The notes beneath the pieces were generated by a model. That model was given only the letters and a program-made list of their open reading frames with translations. It made no database searches and had not been told where the DNA came from. From the IMG/VR virus record IMGVR_UViG_3300029267_006021: a DNA stretch of 64,000 bases; one strand, given 5' to 3'. This DNA is from a virus. Made by a program: the position numbers and the translations under genes. Position 1 is the stretch's first letter. The number at the start of each line of letters is the position of its first letter. Shown here in pieces: positions 47,041 to 56,133 of the stretch.

Positions 47041-47409
47041 TTAAAATAGAGATTCTTCTTTTAAAAACACAACTCTAACTCCAAACTCTTTAGATATTTT
47101 GATTGAAATATTTGGGTTTTTAAGCTTTTCAGGCCCAATATAAATAGAAGTTCCTTCATATAGGCCATTAGTAATAATTTTTATGGTTTGCTTTTCCGGT
47201 AGATTCCCAGGTTGTTTTAAATCTTCAGGTGGGGTTACATTAATTGAATCTTCCTCAGGTGGCGTTTTCTCCGTAAGATCAAAAACTACGCCACCTGAGG
47301 AAGATTCCTCAGATCCTGATTTAAAAGATTTCTTCCTCTTGAGTTTACGAGATTCAGCTTCTTGAGCTGCTGCCGCAGCATTAGAAGGTTCTTTAATTTT
47401 CTTTCCCAT
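47041..47409 (-). CDS. Hypothetical protein
   Basis: AAGGAG RBS. Confidence 0.55.
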   Translation of the reverse strand: MGKKIKEPSNAAAAAQEAESRKLKRKKSFKSGSEESSSGGVVFDLTEKTPPEEDSINVTPPEDLKQPGNLPEKQTIKIITNGLYEGTSIYIGPEKLKNPNISIKISKEFGVRVVFLKEESLF

Positions 47410-47451
47410 CTAAATTCTCCTTATTCTATTCCAAAATCAGTCTTTTCTCGT

Positions 47452-48246
47452 CTACAAAAAGGCTTCAATAACTTTTCCATAAGGCGTATCCAAATGATCT
47501 TCATGAACAGAACAAGTGTTCTTATATTCACACCAGAAACAATTATCTCGCTTAGAAGTAACTTCAAACTTTTCTTGCTCAATCGCTTTTAAAGCAGTGA
47601 TAATCAAATTAGAAAGTCTCTTTAAATCTTCGATCTTAAAAGCGTGCCAATCAATCTGTGTTTCTCTAAAATACCAGACGCCCGAAAATTTCGGAATTTT
47701 TTTATAGGCTAAATAATAACTTAGAGCATAAAAAAGTACTTGCTCTCGATGGTCATCACTTTTATTTTTGGATCCTTTACCATCAATTAAAGTTAAGCCT
47801 TCTTGACGATGCAAAATTAAATCTGTACGTCCTCCAATTTTATATCCAGATAAATCTGCTCTTAAATTTTGTTCAGGAAAAACTAATTTTGACAGTAATC
47901 TATACTTCTTAATAGCCGCAGTAATCTTTGGAACATCATTCAGAATTTCTTCAAGTAGTTCTTCCTGTGATTTTCTATGGGGTTTATGCCAAAGTACTTT
48001 TGATTCCCTCAAAAGATTCTTATAAAAAGATTTGGCTTGAGAGCGTAGAGTATTAACGCATTCTTTTCGCATCTCCCAAAGGCTATTTTTATAAAAAGAT
48101 TCAACTAAACTATGCATGACTGAGCCATACAAAAAATGATAGTCATCCTGAGATACCGTACGTTCTTTTCGCAAAATATAAATATTCTTATACCGCAAAG
48201 GACAATTACGATAAGTAAGATAACGATTCCAAGAAAAATACTTCAT
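47452..48246 (-). CDS. PD-(D/E)xK nuclease (RecB/AddB/Cas4-like)
   Basis: SW..Y..CP, GSVMH, GRTDL..IDGK, Q..FY, CFWCEYKNTC. Confidence 0.85.
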   Translation of the reverse strand: MKYFSWNRYLTYRNCPLRYKNIYILRKERTVSQDDYHFLYGSVMHSLVESFYKNSLWEMRKECVNTLRSQAKSFYKNLLRESKVLWHKPHRKSQEELLEEILNDVPKITAAIKKYRLLSKLVFPEQNLRADLSGYKIGGRTDLILHRQEGLTLIDGKGSKNKSDDHREQVLFYALSYYLAYKKIPKFSGVWYFRETQIDWHAFKIEDLKRLSNLIITALKAIEQEKFEVTSKRDNCFWCEYKNTCSVHEDHLDTPYGKVIEAFL

Positions 48247-49229
48247 TCAATTGTCTGTTCAAGATAATATAAAGCTTTTTCTTTTACAATGTCTTCAAAA
48301 GACAAATCTTTAAGATGCTTTTTCACATCTTCAGATTGTGTTTGGTCTTCTTTAGATAGCATCTCAATGAAAGCATTAATTTCTTTTGATCTTAAATCTT
48401 CTTGTTGTTTTAGACCCAAATCAAAGATTTCTTCAGCAGGTTTAATTCTTAAACAAATAGGCGTAACTTGTACAGAATTCTGATTAATTTTCAAAACACA
48501 AATCTTAGGCTTTCTCTTGACATCATCCTCAGAAATCGAACCCCTAGTTACCGCCCCAACATTAACAAAATACTTTTCTGAGATTGTCTGAACACCTTGA
48601 TCTTTATGTAGATGCCCAAATATAAATATATCTGGACCTAAGTTAAGCATATCCTGATAACCTAAAACAGGAGATCCAAAAAAGTTACCTCTCAAAGGAC
48701 TAGCAAAAGTATGAGCCATACAAAGCAACCAATCTTCATCTTTCTTTTTAAAAGTCAAACTCTCAAGGGTACCAGACCCTGGTTCACCAAAAGAACATCC
48801 AACAATACGAATTTTAAAATTAGAGTGTTCATAAATTACTTCATTTTTCATCCATGAATTATCTGAAGAGCGAACAAGACCCTCAATACAACCCGAAGAA
48901 AGAAGTACGCCTAAGGGCTGTTTTTCAAGAGACTCTAAATTCGAAAAGGAGAGATCATGATTACCAGCAATTAAAACAGGACGACAATCAAAAGAATGAA
49001 ATTGTTCAAATTTTTTCATTAGTCTTTGCACTAGCCGATGACTGTTTTTAGATGCGGTTTTAATATGAAAAAGATCTCCAGGTATAAGTAAAAACTTAGA
49101 TTCGGTCTTTTTACATAAAACACGAATCTGTTCTAATTTCCCAAATAATGTTTCAACATAATCATCCTTTCTACTTGAAGGAGAATGATCACAAAAATGA
49201 AAATCGGCAGCTGTTACAATGTTTACCAA
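48243..49229 (-). CDS. SbcD/Mre11-like metallophosphoesterase nuclease
   Basis: ADFH, GDLFH, GNHD, GHLH. Confidence 0.9.
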   Translation of the reverse strand: MVNIVTAADFHFCDHSPSSRKDDYVETLFGKLEQIRVLCKKTESKFLLIPGDLFHIKTASKNSHRLVQRLMKKFEQFHSFDCRPVLIAGNHDLSFSNLESLEKQPLGVLLSSGCIEGLVRSSDNSWMKNEVIYEHSNFKIRIVGCSFGEPGSGTLESLTFKKKDEDWLLCMAHTFASPLRGNFFGSPVLGYQDMLNLGPDIFIFGHLHKDQGVQTISEKYFVNVGAVTRGSISEDDVKRKPKICVLKINQNSVQVTPICLRIKPAEEIFDLGLKQQEDLRSKEINAFIEMLSKEDQTQSEDVKKHLKDLSFEDIVKEKALYYLEQTIE

Positions 49230-50383
49230 CTTGATTTACATCCAAAAACTTCTCTAAAAGGACACTCATTTGTCTCTTTAATTGTTACAATCTCCTTAGA
49301 CAAATCTTCAAGATTATTTTGAACTTCTAATAAACTTTTTTCTATACAATTTATTTCAGAAGAAAATTTAGTAAAATCTTCTAAAAGCCGTTCAAGATTT
49401 GAAAATTCATCAAAAAGGTCAACAAAGGATGAATCAAAAGCAACAATAGATTCAACCCTTTTAAGTTTAGTTATTCTCAATTTAAGTTGGTGTAAATCCC
49501 CAAAAGATTGTTTTATAAAATCAAAAGATCTAACTTGGTCTTCTGGAAAATTAATTTCCTCGACAGCAGAAATTTTTTCTAAACCAGATACCGAATCCAA
49601 TCTTTCCTGATACTGAGAACTCAAACTTTCGAGAATTTCAAATTCTCGATAACCTTCAATAATAGAAGAAAGGTCAGGAAGACTAAGATCTTTTTGTCTT
49701 CCTAAAATCTCTATTATATTTGAAGAAATTTTTAAATTCTTCGTGAATTCTGAGATTTCTAAAAGAGAATTTTGTAGAGACTCAATCTTATTTTTTAGAT
49801 TTAAAATCTCCTTACTTTTAATTCGAAGTTCATCAATTCTTCTAAATTTTTCTATGTCTGTTCTAACTTTATCTAGATCTAATTTTCGAATTTTTAAAGT
49901 TGCTTCATCTCTCTTTCGATCTCTATTAACTAACTTCAAAGCCTTGTTAATAACATCAATTTTTGAAATTTTTGAAACTGTTTCAGCAATGACTGTATTA
50001 GGTTGATCAATTAAAAAGATCTTTTCGAATTGATTTGGTACTTGAACAAAAACACGTTCAGTACCAAAAAAGATTGGCTTAAACCCAAGGTCAACTAGCT
50101 CTTGAGGAATTTCACGACCAATACTCTTATATTGTTTACCATTAATCTCATAGTCAATACTTTTTCCTTTAATTCGAGATATAGAATTATCTGCAATATT
50201 TAATGTAACTGTAGATGACTTTGAATTTAATCTAGTAAAGTCTCCACGATTTCGAATAACACTTCTAATTGCTCGAGAAATTGCGCTTTTTCCAAGATTA
50301 TTACGTCCGATTAATACAGTAAATCCTTTTATATCTAAATCGGCTTCTTTAAAAGATTGAAAGTTTTTAAGCGTAACCCTCAA
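49223..50383 (-). CDS. SbcC/Rad50 N-terminal half
   Basis: LKNFQS, GRNNLGKS Walker A, coiled coil ending ECPF..C. Confidence 0.85.
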   Translation of the reverse strand: MRVTLKNFQSFKEADLDIKGFTVLIGRNNLGKSAISRAIRSVIRNRGDFTRLNSKSSTVTLNIADNSISRIKGKSIDYEINGKQYKSIGREIPQELVDLGFKPIFFGTERVFVQVPNQFEKIFLIDQPNTVIAETVSKISKIDVINKALKLVNRDRKRDEATLKIRKLDLDKVRTDIEKFRRIDELRIKSKEILNLKNKIESLQNSLLEISEFTKNLKISSNIIEILGRQKDLSLPDLSSIIEGYREFEILESLSSQYQERLDSVSGLEKISAVEEINFPEDQVRSFDFIKQSFGDLHQLKLRITKLKRVESIVAFDSSFVDLFDEFSNLERLLEDFTKFSSEINCIEKSLLEVQNNLEDLSKEIVTIKETNECPFREVFGCKSSW

Positions 50384-53043
50384 CTACAAACTCCTGAAGA
50401 TTCACCACAATTCATACAAACAAAACAACTTCCAGATCTACGCATTTGGGTATCACATTTAGGACAAATTGGGGAATCTTGATAAATCCCAGCAATTTTT
50501 TCTAGTTCTTCAACAGTTTGCTGTTGCTGAAACCAAGATAAGTCATTATCCTTTCGAGGATTATCTGACTCTTCTGATATATCTAGATCAGTGTAAACAT
50601 TACCTAAATGTCTAAATATATAATCACCGATTGAGTGAGCCATTCTTATATCAGGGTTACTTGTAAAACCTGCCGGTTCATAACGCGTCCAGGCAAATTT
50701 GTCTACTAACTTAGATAGAGGACAACCATACTGCAAAGCAAAAGAAACTGCTGTAGCAGCCATATCCAAGACACCAGAAGTTAAACTACCTTCTTTGGCA
50801 ATGCGAATAAAAAGTTCTCCAGGACTCCCATCTTCAAAATGCCCGATATGTAAAAAGCCTTTTCGTCCAGCGACACTAAACTCATGACAAATTGAAGAAC
50901 GGTCTTTAGGTAATTTTCTTCTCTGACCCCATTTTAGAGGTTTTACAGAATCTTTAAGTGTTTTGAGCGGTTGTAGCCACTTTGACCCATCTCGATAAAA
51001 AGTAATCGACTTAAGACCCAATTGCCAAGATTTAATGAAGAGATCAAATATTTTTTCCGCAGATGTTTCTCTAGATAAATTAACTGTTTTTGAAATCGCC
51101 CCACTATAAAACTTTTGAAGATAACTCATAAATAAAATATGATCTTCAGGAGGGATAGTTTTCTCTCCAATAGCCGTGGCAAATAATCTCTGATGCTCTT
51201 GTTCTTTTAAAGGTAAATCTGAAATTTTTGTCCCATTTTTGAGGGCTTCTTCAATTTCTTCAACTTCAGATTTCTTATAACCTAGCTTGGCTAGACCCAA
51301 AATATAAGATTTACTCAAAAGCTTTAAAACACCTCCTCCAACAAGAGATTTTTCTACTATGATGTCTAAAGGAGGTTCAATACCAGTAGTTTCAGCATCC
51401 ATCATAAAACTAATGGTACCTGTAGGAGCAAGTAATGTAGTTTGGGCATTTCTAAAACCCGATTTGGGATGATTAACAAGAGAATTCCAATTGCTATTTG
51501 CCGCATTTAAAATCGGATTCCAAACCTTAGCATCTGAAGGCTTATTAAAGACCTGTTCCATTTCTGAATATAATTTAATTGAGGCATTTTGATGTAACTT
51601 GAGAACTTGTTGCATTGACTCTTTATTTTGTTCATATTCAGCAAAAGGCCCCAAATGCTCTGCCAAATTTCTTGATATTGTATAAGCTTCAGAAGTTAAT
51701 AAGCTTGAAATCGCGGCAGCTAAAATACAAGATTCTTTACTACCATAAGCGTAACCATTTGAAATAACAAAAGCTCCAATATTTGTTAAACCTAAGCCTA
51801 AGGGTCGAAAATTACGACTATTCTTCGTAATTTCTAGAGTCGGAAATTGTGACCCATTAATCAAGATATCTTGAGCAATTACGGTTATACGAATAGCATG
51901 TATAAAATCACGAACCTTAAAACTGCCATCTGATGCTCTAAATCGCATTAAATTAAGACTTGCAAGATTACAAGCACTATTGTCTAAAAACATAAATTCA
52001 CCACATGGATTACTAGCCTCAATTTTGCCGCTTTCTTTACAAGTATGAAACTGATTAATACAGGTATCAAATTGTAAACCAGGATCTCCACAAAAATGTA
52101 AAGCTTTTGCTGCGTCCATTAATAATTCTTTAGCTTTATAAACTTTATATTCATTTCCAGAAACAACTAATTTAGTTGCCCATTCTTTATCTTTTAAAAC
52201 TGCTTCCATAAATTCATCTGTTACTCTTAGTGCTGTATTTGTATTTTGTAGTGGAACAGTAGAATAAGCATCTTCCGGTTTATAACCAGATTCAATCAAC
52301 TGGTGTGCAGTTTCTTCTGAAATAACTTTTGAATCAATAAAATCGGAAATGTCTGGATGGTCTATATTTAAAATTTCCATCTTAGCCGCTCGACGCATCT
52401 TACCCCCAGACTTAACAACATCGGCAGCTTGATCATAAATTTTAATAAAAGAAATCGGCCCAGAAGCTAGGCCTCCCTCAGAAATAGGTTCCATGGATCC
52501 CCGTAACTTAGAGCGATTTGAACCACAACCAGAACCCCATCTAAAAATTTTCATTTCAGATGTAACATTTTGAGAAATGTGTTCCATATTATCTTCAACG
52601 GATAAAATAAAACAGGCGCTTGTTTGAGGTTTATCTTTTACCCCAATATTAAACCAAACAGGTGAATTAAGTGACATCATCTGGTAAACAAAAAGATAAC
52701 ATAGTTCATGATTAAAATTACGTGCAGATTCCTTAGTTTTAAAGTAGCCTTGCTTTTTACCCCATTTTGTAAGGGTATCGGCTACTCTCTTAATCATTTC
52801 ATCAATACCAGTCTCACGAGATTGGCCAAAACCTTTAAAATATTTTGAACAAACAATACTTAAAGCTTGATCTGACCAAAAAATAGGAGCATTCACATTT
52901 TTCTGTTCAAAGATTATTTTAGAATTTTTACCTATAATAGAAGTGTCCTTACGTTCCCAGTCAATTAAATCAAAAGGATGAATCTCCCCATCAGTAAAAT
53001 AAGGTTTAATTTCTAAACCTTTAGATACTTTTTTCTTAGTCAT
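50380..53043 (-). CDS. nrdJ: Adenosylcobalamin-dependent (class II) ribonucleotide reductase
   Basis: NSPVWFN, SACFIL, NPCGE, ACNLASLN, APTGTIS, C-terminal zinc ribbon. Confidence 0.93.
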   Translation of the reverse strand: MTKKKVSKGLEIKPYFTDGEIHPFDLIDWERKDTSIIGKNSKIIFEQKNVNAPIFWSDQALSIVCSKYFKGFGQSRETGIDEMIKRVADTLTKWGKKQGYFKTKESARNFNHELCYLFVYQMMSLNSPVWFNIGVKDKPQTSACFILSVEDNMEHISQNVTSEMKIFRWGSGCGSNRSKLRGSMEPISEGGLASGPISFIKIYDQAADVVKSGGKMRRAAKMEILNIDHPDISDFIDSKVISEETAHQLIESGYKPEDAYSTVPLQNTNTALRVTDEFMEAVLKDKEWATKLVVSGNEYKVYKAKELLMDAAKALHFCGDPGLQFDTCINQFHTCKESGKIEASNPCGEFMFLDNSACNLASLNLMRFRASDGSFKVRDFIHAIRITVIAQDILINGSQFPTLEITKNSRNFRPLGLGLTNIGAFVISNGYAYGSKESCILAAAISSLLTSEAYTISRNLAEHLGPFAEYEQNKESMQQVLKLHQNASIKLYSEMEQVFNKPSDAKVWNPILNAANSNWNSLVNHPKSGFRNAQTTLLAPTGTISFMMDAETTGIEPPLDIIVEKSLVGGGVLKLLSKSYILGLAKLGYKKSEVEEIEEALKNGTKISDLPLKEQEHQRLFATAIGEKTIPPEDHILFMSYLQKFYSGAISKTVNLSRETSAEKIFDLFIKSWQLGLKSITFYRDGSKWLQPLKTLKDSVKPLKWGQRRKLPKDRSSICHEFSVAGRKGFLHIGHFEDGSPGELFIRIAKEGSLTSGVLDMAATAVSFALQYGCPLSKLVDKFAWTRYEPAGFTSNPDIRMAHSIGDYIFRHLGNVYTDLDISEESDNPRKDNDLSWFQQQQTVEELEKIAGIYQDSPICPKCDTQMRRSGSCFVCMNCGESSGVCS

Positions 53044-53045
53044 TC

Positions 53046-54266
53046 TTAGTCTTCCTCCTCAAAATCATCTTCATCAAAATCTTCGACTATAATTTTTGCC
53101 TCAGAGGTTTTAACATCACTAGCTTTAGTTAAAGATGATGATTTAGAAATCAATTGTTCTTGAATCTCAAAGATTAAATCTTTTGTTTCTAATATATGCT
53201 TCCTTAAATTTTCTACACCTTGTACTCTGAAAGTACTATCCTTTGAAACAGATGAGTTATACTCAAACCAACTCCCTTTCTTCTCAATTACCCCATTCAC
53301 TATTGCCAAGTCAATCACAGATCTAATATTATCAATACCTTCACCAAAACGAATAACAAATTCACCAGATCTAAAGGGATACCAAATCTTATTTTTTACT
53401 GTCTCGGCTTTTACTATAGTGCTTATTGGTACAACGTCGTCTTTCCCAGTAAAAGAATTTTTTATGGTCGCTTTTTCTTTTTTGGTTGCTTTAAGACGAA
53501 TACGCACAATGGCATAAAATTTTAAAGCACGCCCTCCACTTGTCCTGTAGCCTCTTTTAGCATCTGTATCTATACCTCCAGCATAACGATCTAATATAAC
53601 AGCAGGTTTCTGTTGATTAACCGCTACAAAAGTAATTCCTTGTTTACTAAAACGTTTAGAGGCTTGAGCAAGAAATTGACTTAAAAGAGCAGCCTGCAAA
53701 CCAATACGTTTGCTCTCCTCTAAATCACCTTCATATTCAGACTTTGGAATCATTGCACTAATAGAATCGACCACTATTACATCAACGATTCGATGCCCTG
53801 CTTTTTCACCTGCATTTAAAAAATGGTTTATAATGGCCGCACCTTTTTCAAGATAATCTGGTTGGTACAAAGCAAATCTTTCGCGGCTTAAATCTAGACC
53901 TATATTTTTAGCATAACCTGGATGAAAGGCATGCTCAAAATCAATATAAAGAGCGGAACCAACAGAAGTCAGTTTAATTTTTTTACCTGAGTCTCCTTCT
54001 GACGGATACTCTTCAGTTTGTCCTGCACACTTCTGTGCCTGTATACAAAGAGAAATTCCCACTGTAGTTTTTCCTGCTGATTCATCACCAAAAATCTCAA
54101 TAATTTTACCTCTGGGAACTCCGCCAATACCTATCACTTTATCTAAAACTATACTCCCAGTACTCAAAGCTGGCCACTCAGGAAGATCAGATGAAATTAC
54201 CATAGGCTCATCAGATGTTGCTTTTTTTATAGAATCAATTGCTTTTTTAAATCCAGAATCAGCCAT
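53046..54266 (-). CDS. recA: Recombinase A
   Basis: GIGGVPRG..EIFGDESAGKTT, VVDS, GGRALKFY, KNK. Confidence 0.93.
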   Translation of the reverse strand: MADSGFKKAIDSIKKATSDEPMVISSDLPEWPALSTGSIVLDKVIGIGGVPRGKIIEIFGDESAGKTTVGISLCIQAQKCAGQTEEYPSEGDSGKKIKLTSVGSALYIDFEHAFHPGYAKNIGLDLSRERFALYQPDYLEKGAAIINHFLNAGEKAGHRIVDVIVVDSISAMIPKSEYEGDLEESKRIGLQAALLSQFLAQASKRFSKQGITFVAVNQQKPAVILDRYAGGIDTDAKRGYRTSGGRALKFYAIVRIRLKATKKEKATIKNSFTGKDDVVPISTIVKAETVKNKIWYPFRSGEFVIRFGEGIDNIRSVIDLAIVNGVIEKKGSWFEYNSSVSKDSTFRVQGVENLRKHILETKDLIFEIQEQLISKSSSLTKASDVKTSEAKIIVEDFDEDDFEEED

Positions 54267-54274
54267 TCGTATTT

Positions 54275-54940
54275 TTACTCCTCAAAACATGTTTTTGAAA
54301 ATTGGAAAAATAAATCATTCTCACGATAAATAAAACCTTTTCTTTCAGTTTTACCTTTATTTTTACCTCTAACATATGTATGAGTTTTGGTAAACATTTC
54401 TTTTTCTGTTGATGTTAAATTTTCTTTATCTAAATTATTATCAAAGAAATTCCAAAAACGAGAACCTATACGGGCAGCATGAAAAGCATCTGCTTTATCT
54501 CCTGTTACTCTATTAGGTAATTCGTCTTTAAGAAATTCTTTTGCTGCCCTAGCACTTTCTGATTTAAATATCTTTCCAGCAATACCATAACCTTCTGATT
54601 TTAGGATCTTTTGTATTTGTAAAGGAGCTATAAAAAGGACATCAATTTTATGCTGGTAAAATACTTCTAAAAGAGAAATATACAAAGCGTATGCTGTGCC
54701 AGTCTCATAACCACCAAAAACGGGAGCCTCACAACCAACTCTTAAAATATTATGCTTTTTAATTAACTCTGCAAAAATCTTCTTTATAAATAAAAAACGA
54801 AAAATCATAATTTCTTTTGCATTTGTTTTTATTGTTCCCCAGTCAATACACTTTTTAACATCTGGAGCGTAAATTGCCCAACCTGAACTTGTTAAACTAG
54901 GGTCAACACCAAGTATTAAATTAGAGGCCATATTATTCAC
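54275..54940 (-). CDS. RuvC-like Holliday junction resolvase
   Basis: ILGVDPSLTSSGW, GCE, DKADA. Confidence 0.8.
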   Translation of the reverse strand: MNNMASNLILGVDPSLTSSGWAIYAPDVKKCIDWGTIKTNAKEIMIFRFLFIKKIFAELIKKHNILRVGCEAPVFGGYETGTAYALYISLLEVFYQHKIDVLFIAPLQIQKILKSEGYGIAGKIFKSESARAAKEFLKDELPNRVTGDKADAFHAARIGSRFWNFFDNNLDKENLTSTEKEMFTKTHTYVRGKNKGKTERKGFIYRENDLFFQFSKTCFEE

Positions 54941-55007
54941 TACAGATTCAAAAATACGTTAGAGTTAAATTTACAATTATAGAGAAATGTAGTTCAAAAT
55001 AATAGAT

Positions 55008-55811
55008 TTATTTATAGTTAAAGAAATGATTAAAAAATCCATGAGTTTTTGAAATATGTTGAGTTACAACATTTGGTACATAATTCTTCCAACCATCAAT
55101 TGGGCCAGCAATAACTTTACCTGAACCTTCATGAGGAAATTTATTTAAATAAAATGCATCTGGATCTGTGGCAGTATTTTTAATATTTTCAAAATCATGC
55201 TCAAAAATATCTTCTTCTAAATAATCATAAATTTCAGAAATAACTGTCTTAGGACGATCTACCAAATTTTCATAGCGCACCACAAACATTTCAACTCTGC
55301 GATTAATCATATCATAAAGTCCATCTAAAGGTGCCCCAATTAAACCATTTTGAGCAAACATTACTTTTGCTCGCTGCATTATTGTCTTAGCATTAGGAGT
55401 TGTAGAATCATCTAAAAAAGGAGATTTAAGATGCTGTTTCTCAACCGAAGCAAATACTTCTTTTAAATCACGAATCGTTACAATAATCTTAGATTCAGGA
55501 AAAATGCTACGAAAAATAAGAGCATGATGAACCCAACCTCGGCTCTTATCAAAAACTACTTTATCTTTAAAATCTTCATACCAAGAAAGACAAAAAGATT
55601 TTAAAGAACGCTTGAGACGTTCTTCAGTCCCTTGTTTGTCTACTTGCAAATCACCTTTGAGTTCAATTGAAGAACTCCAAGCATGTACAAGACCTCCACA
55701 AAGACGGGGTAGAAGACTTGTACTACTTGCCCAAAACTTAGGGTTTTGATTCAGAATATTACAAAGAAGCGTACTACCACTTCTAGGAAGCCCTGTAATA
55801 ATATTAATCAA
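55008..55811 (-). CDS. Sulfotransferase (PAPS-dependent)
   Basis: GLPRSGSTLL 5'-PSB loop, DKSRGW, IRD....AS 3'-PB motif, RYENLV. Confidence 0.9.
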   Translation of the reverse strand: MINIITGLPRSGSTLLCNILNQNPKFWASSTSLLPRLCGGLVHAWSSSIELKGDLQVDKQGTEERLKRSLKSFCLSWYEDFKDKVVFDKSRGWVHHALIFRSIFPESKIIVTIRDLKEVFASVEKQHLKSPFLDDSTTPNAKTIMQRAKVMFAQNGLIGAPLDGLYDMINRRVEMFVVRYENLVDRPKTVISEIYDYLEEDIFEHDFENIKNTATDPDAFYLNKFPHEGSGKVIAGPIDGWKNYVPNVVTQHISKTHGFFNHFFNYK

Positions 55812-56098
55812 AATGCCACATCCTCGTCAAAATTTACTCCTTTATGGTTATTAACTATTTGTACAATCTCAGAAATTAGTGTTTGTGCTTCGTCCTTATC
55901 TTCCCCAAGTCTATTTAAGAGAGCAACCTTCCCACTTGGAGCAGTATCTACAATATTTTTTAAACGTCTTATAATACGCCGATGCTCCAAAACAGTGCGA
56001 TTCAATATACGCCTGATTTCAGATACAGCTTTCTCATCCTTTTGAGTGTCCGTTAACTTCAAAGAAGAAACAGACATAAAACGATCACCTAAAGGCAT
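55808..56098 (-). CDS. Hypothetical protein (fibre-associated)
   Basis: Between fibre and sulfotransferase; AGGAGG RBS. Confidence 0.55.
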   Translation of the reverse strand: MPLGDRFMSVSSLKLTDTQKDEKAVSEIRRILNRTVLEHRRIIRRLKNIVDTAPSGKVALLNRLGEDKDEAQTLISEIVQIVNNHKGVNFDEDVAF

Positions 56099-56133
56099 GA
56101 CTCCTCCTTTTAAATTGAATCTACTCTATTAAT

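Noticed and set aside
47452-48246. CRISPR-associated Cas4
   Set aside because: No CRISPR array or other cas genes seen; recombination-gene context
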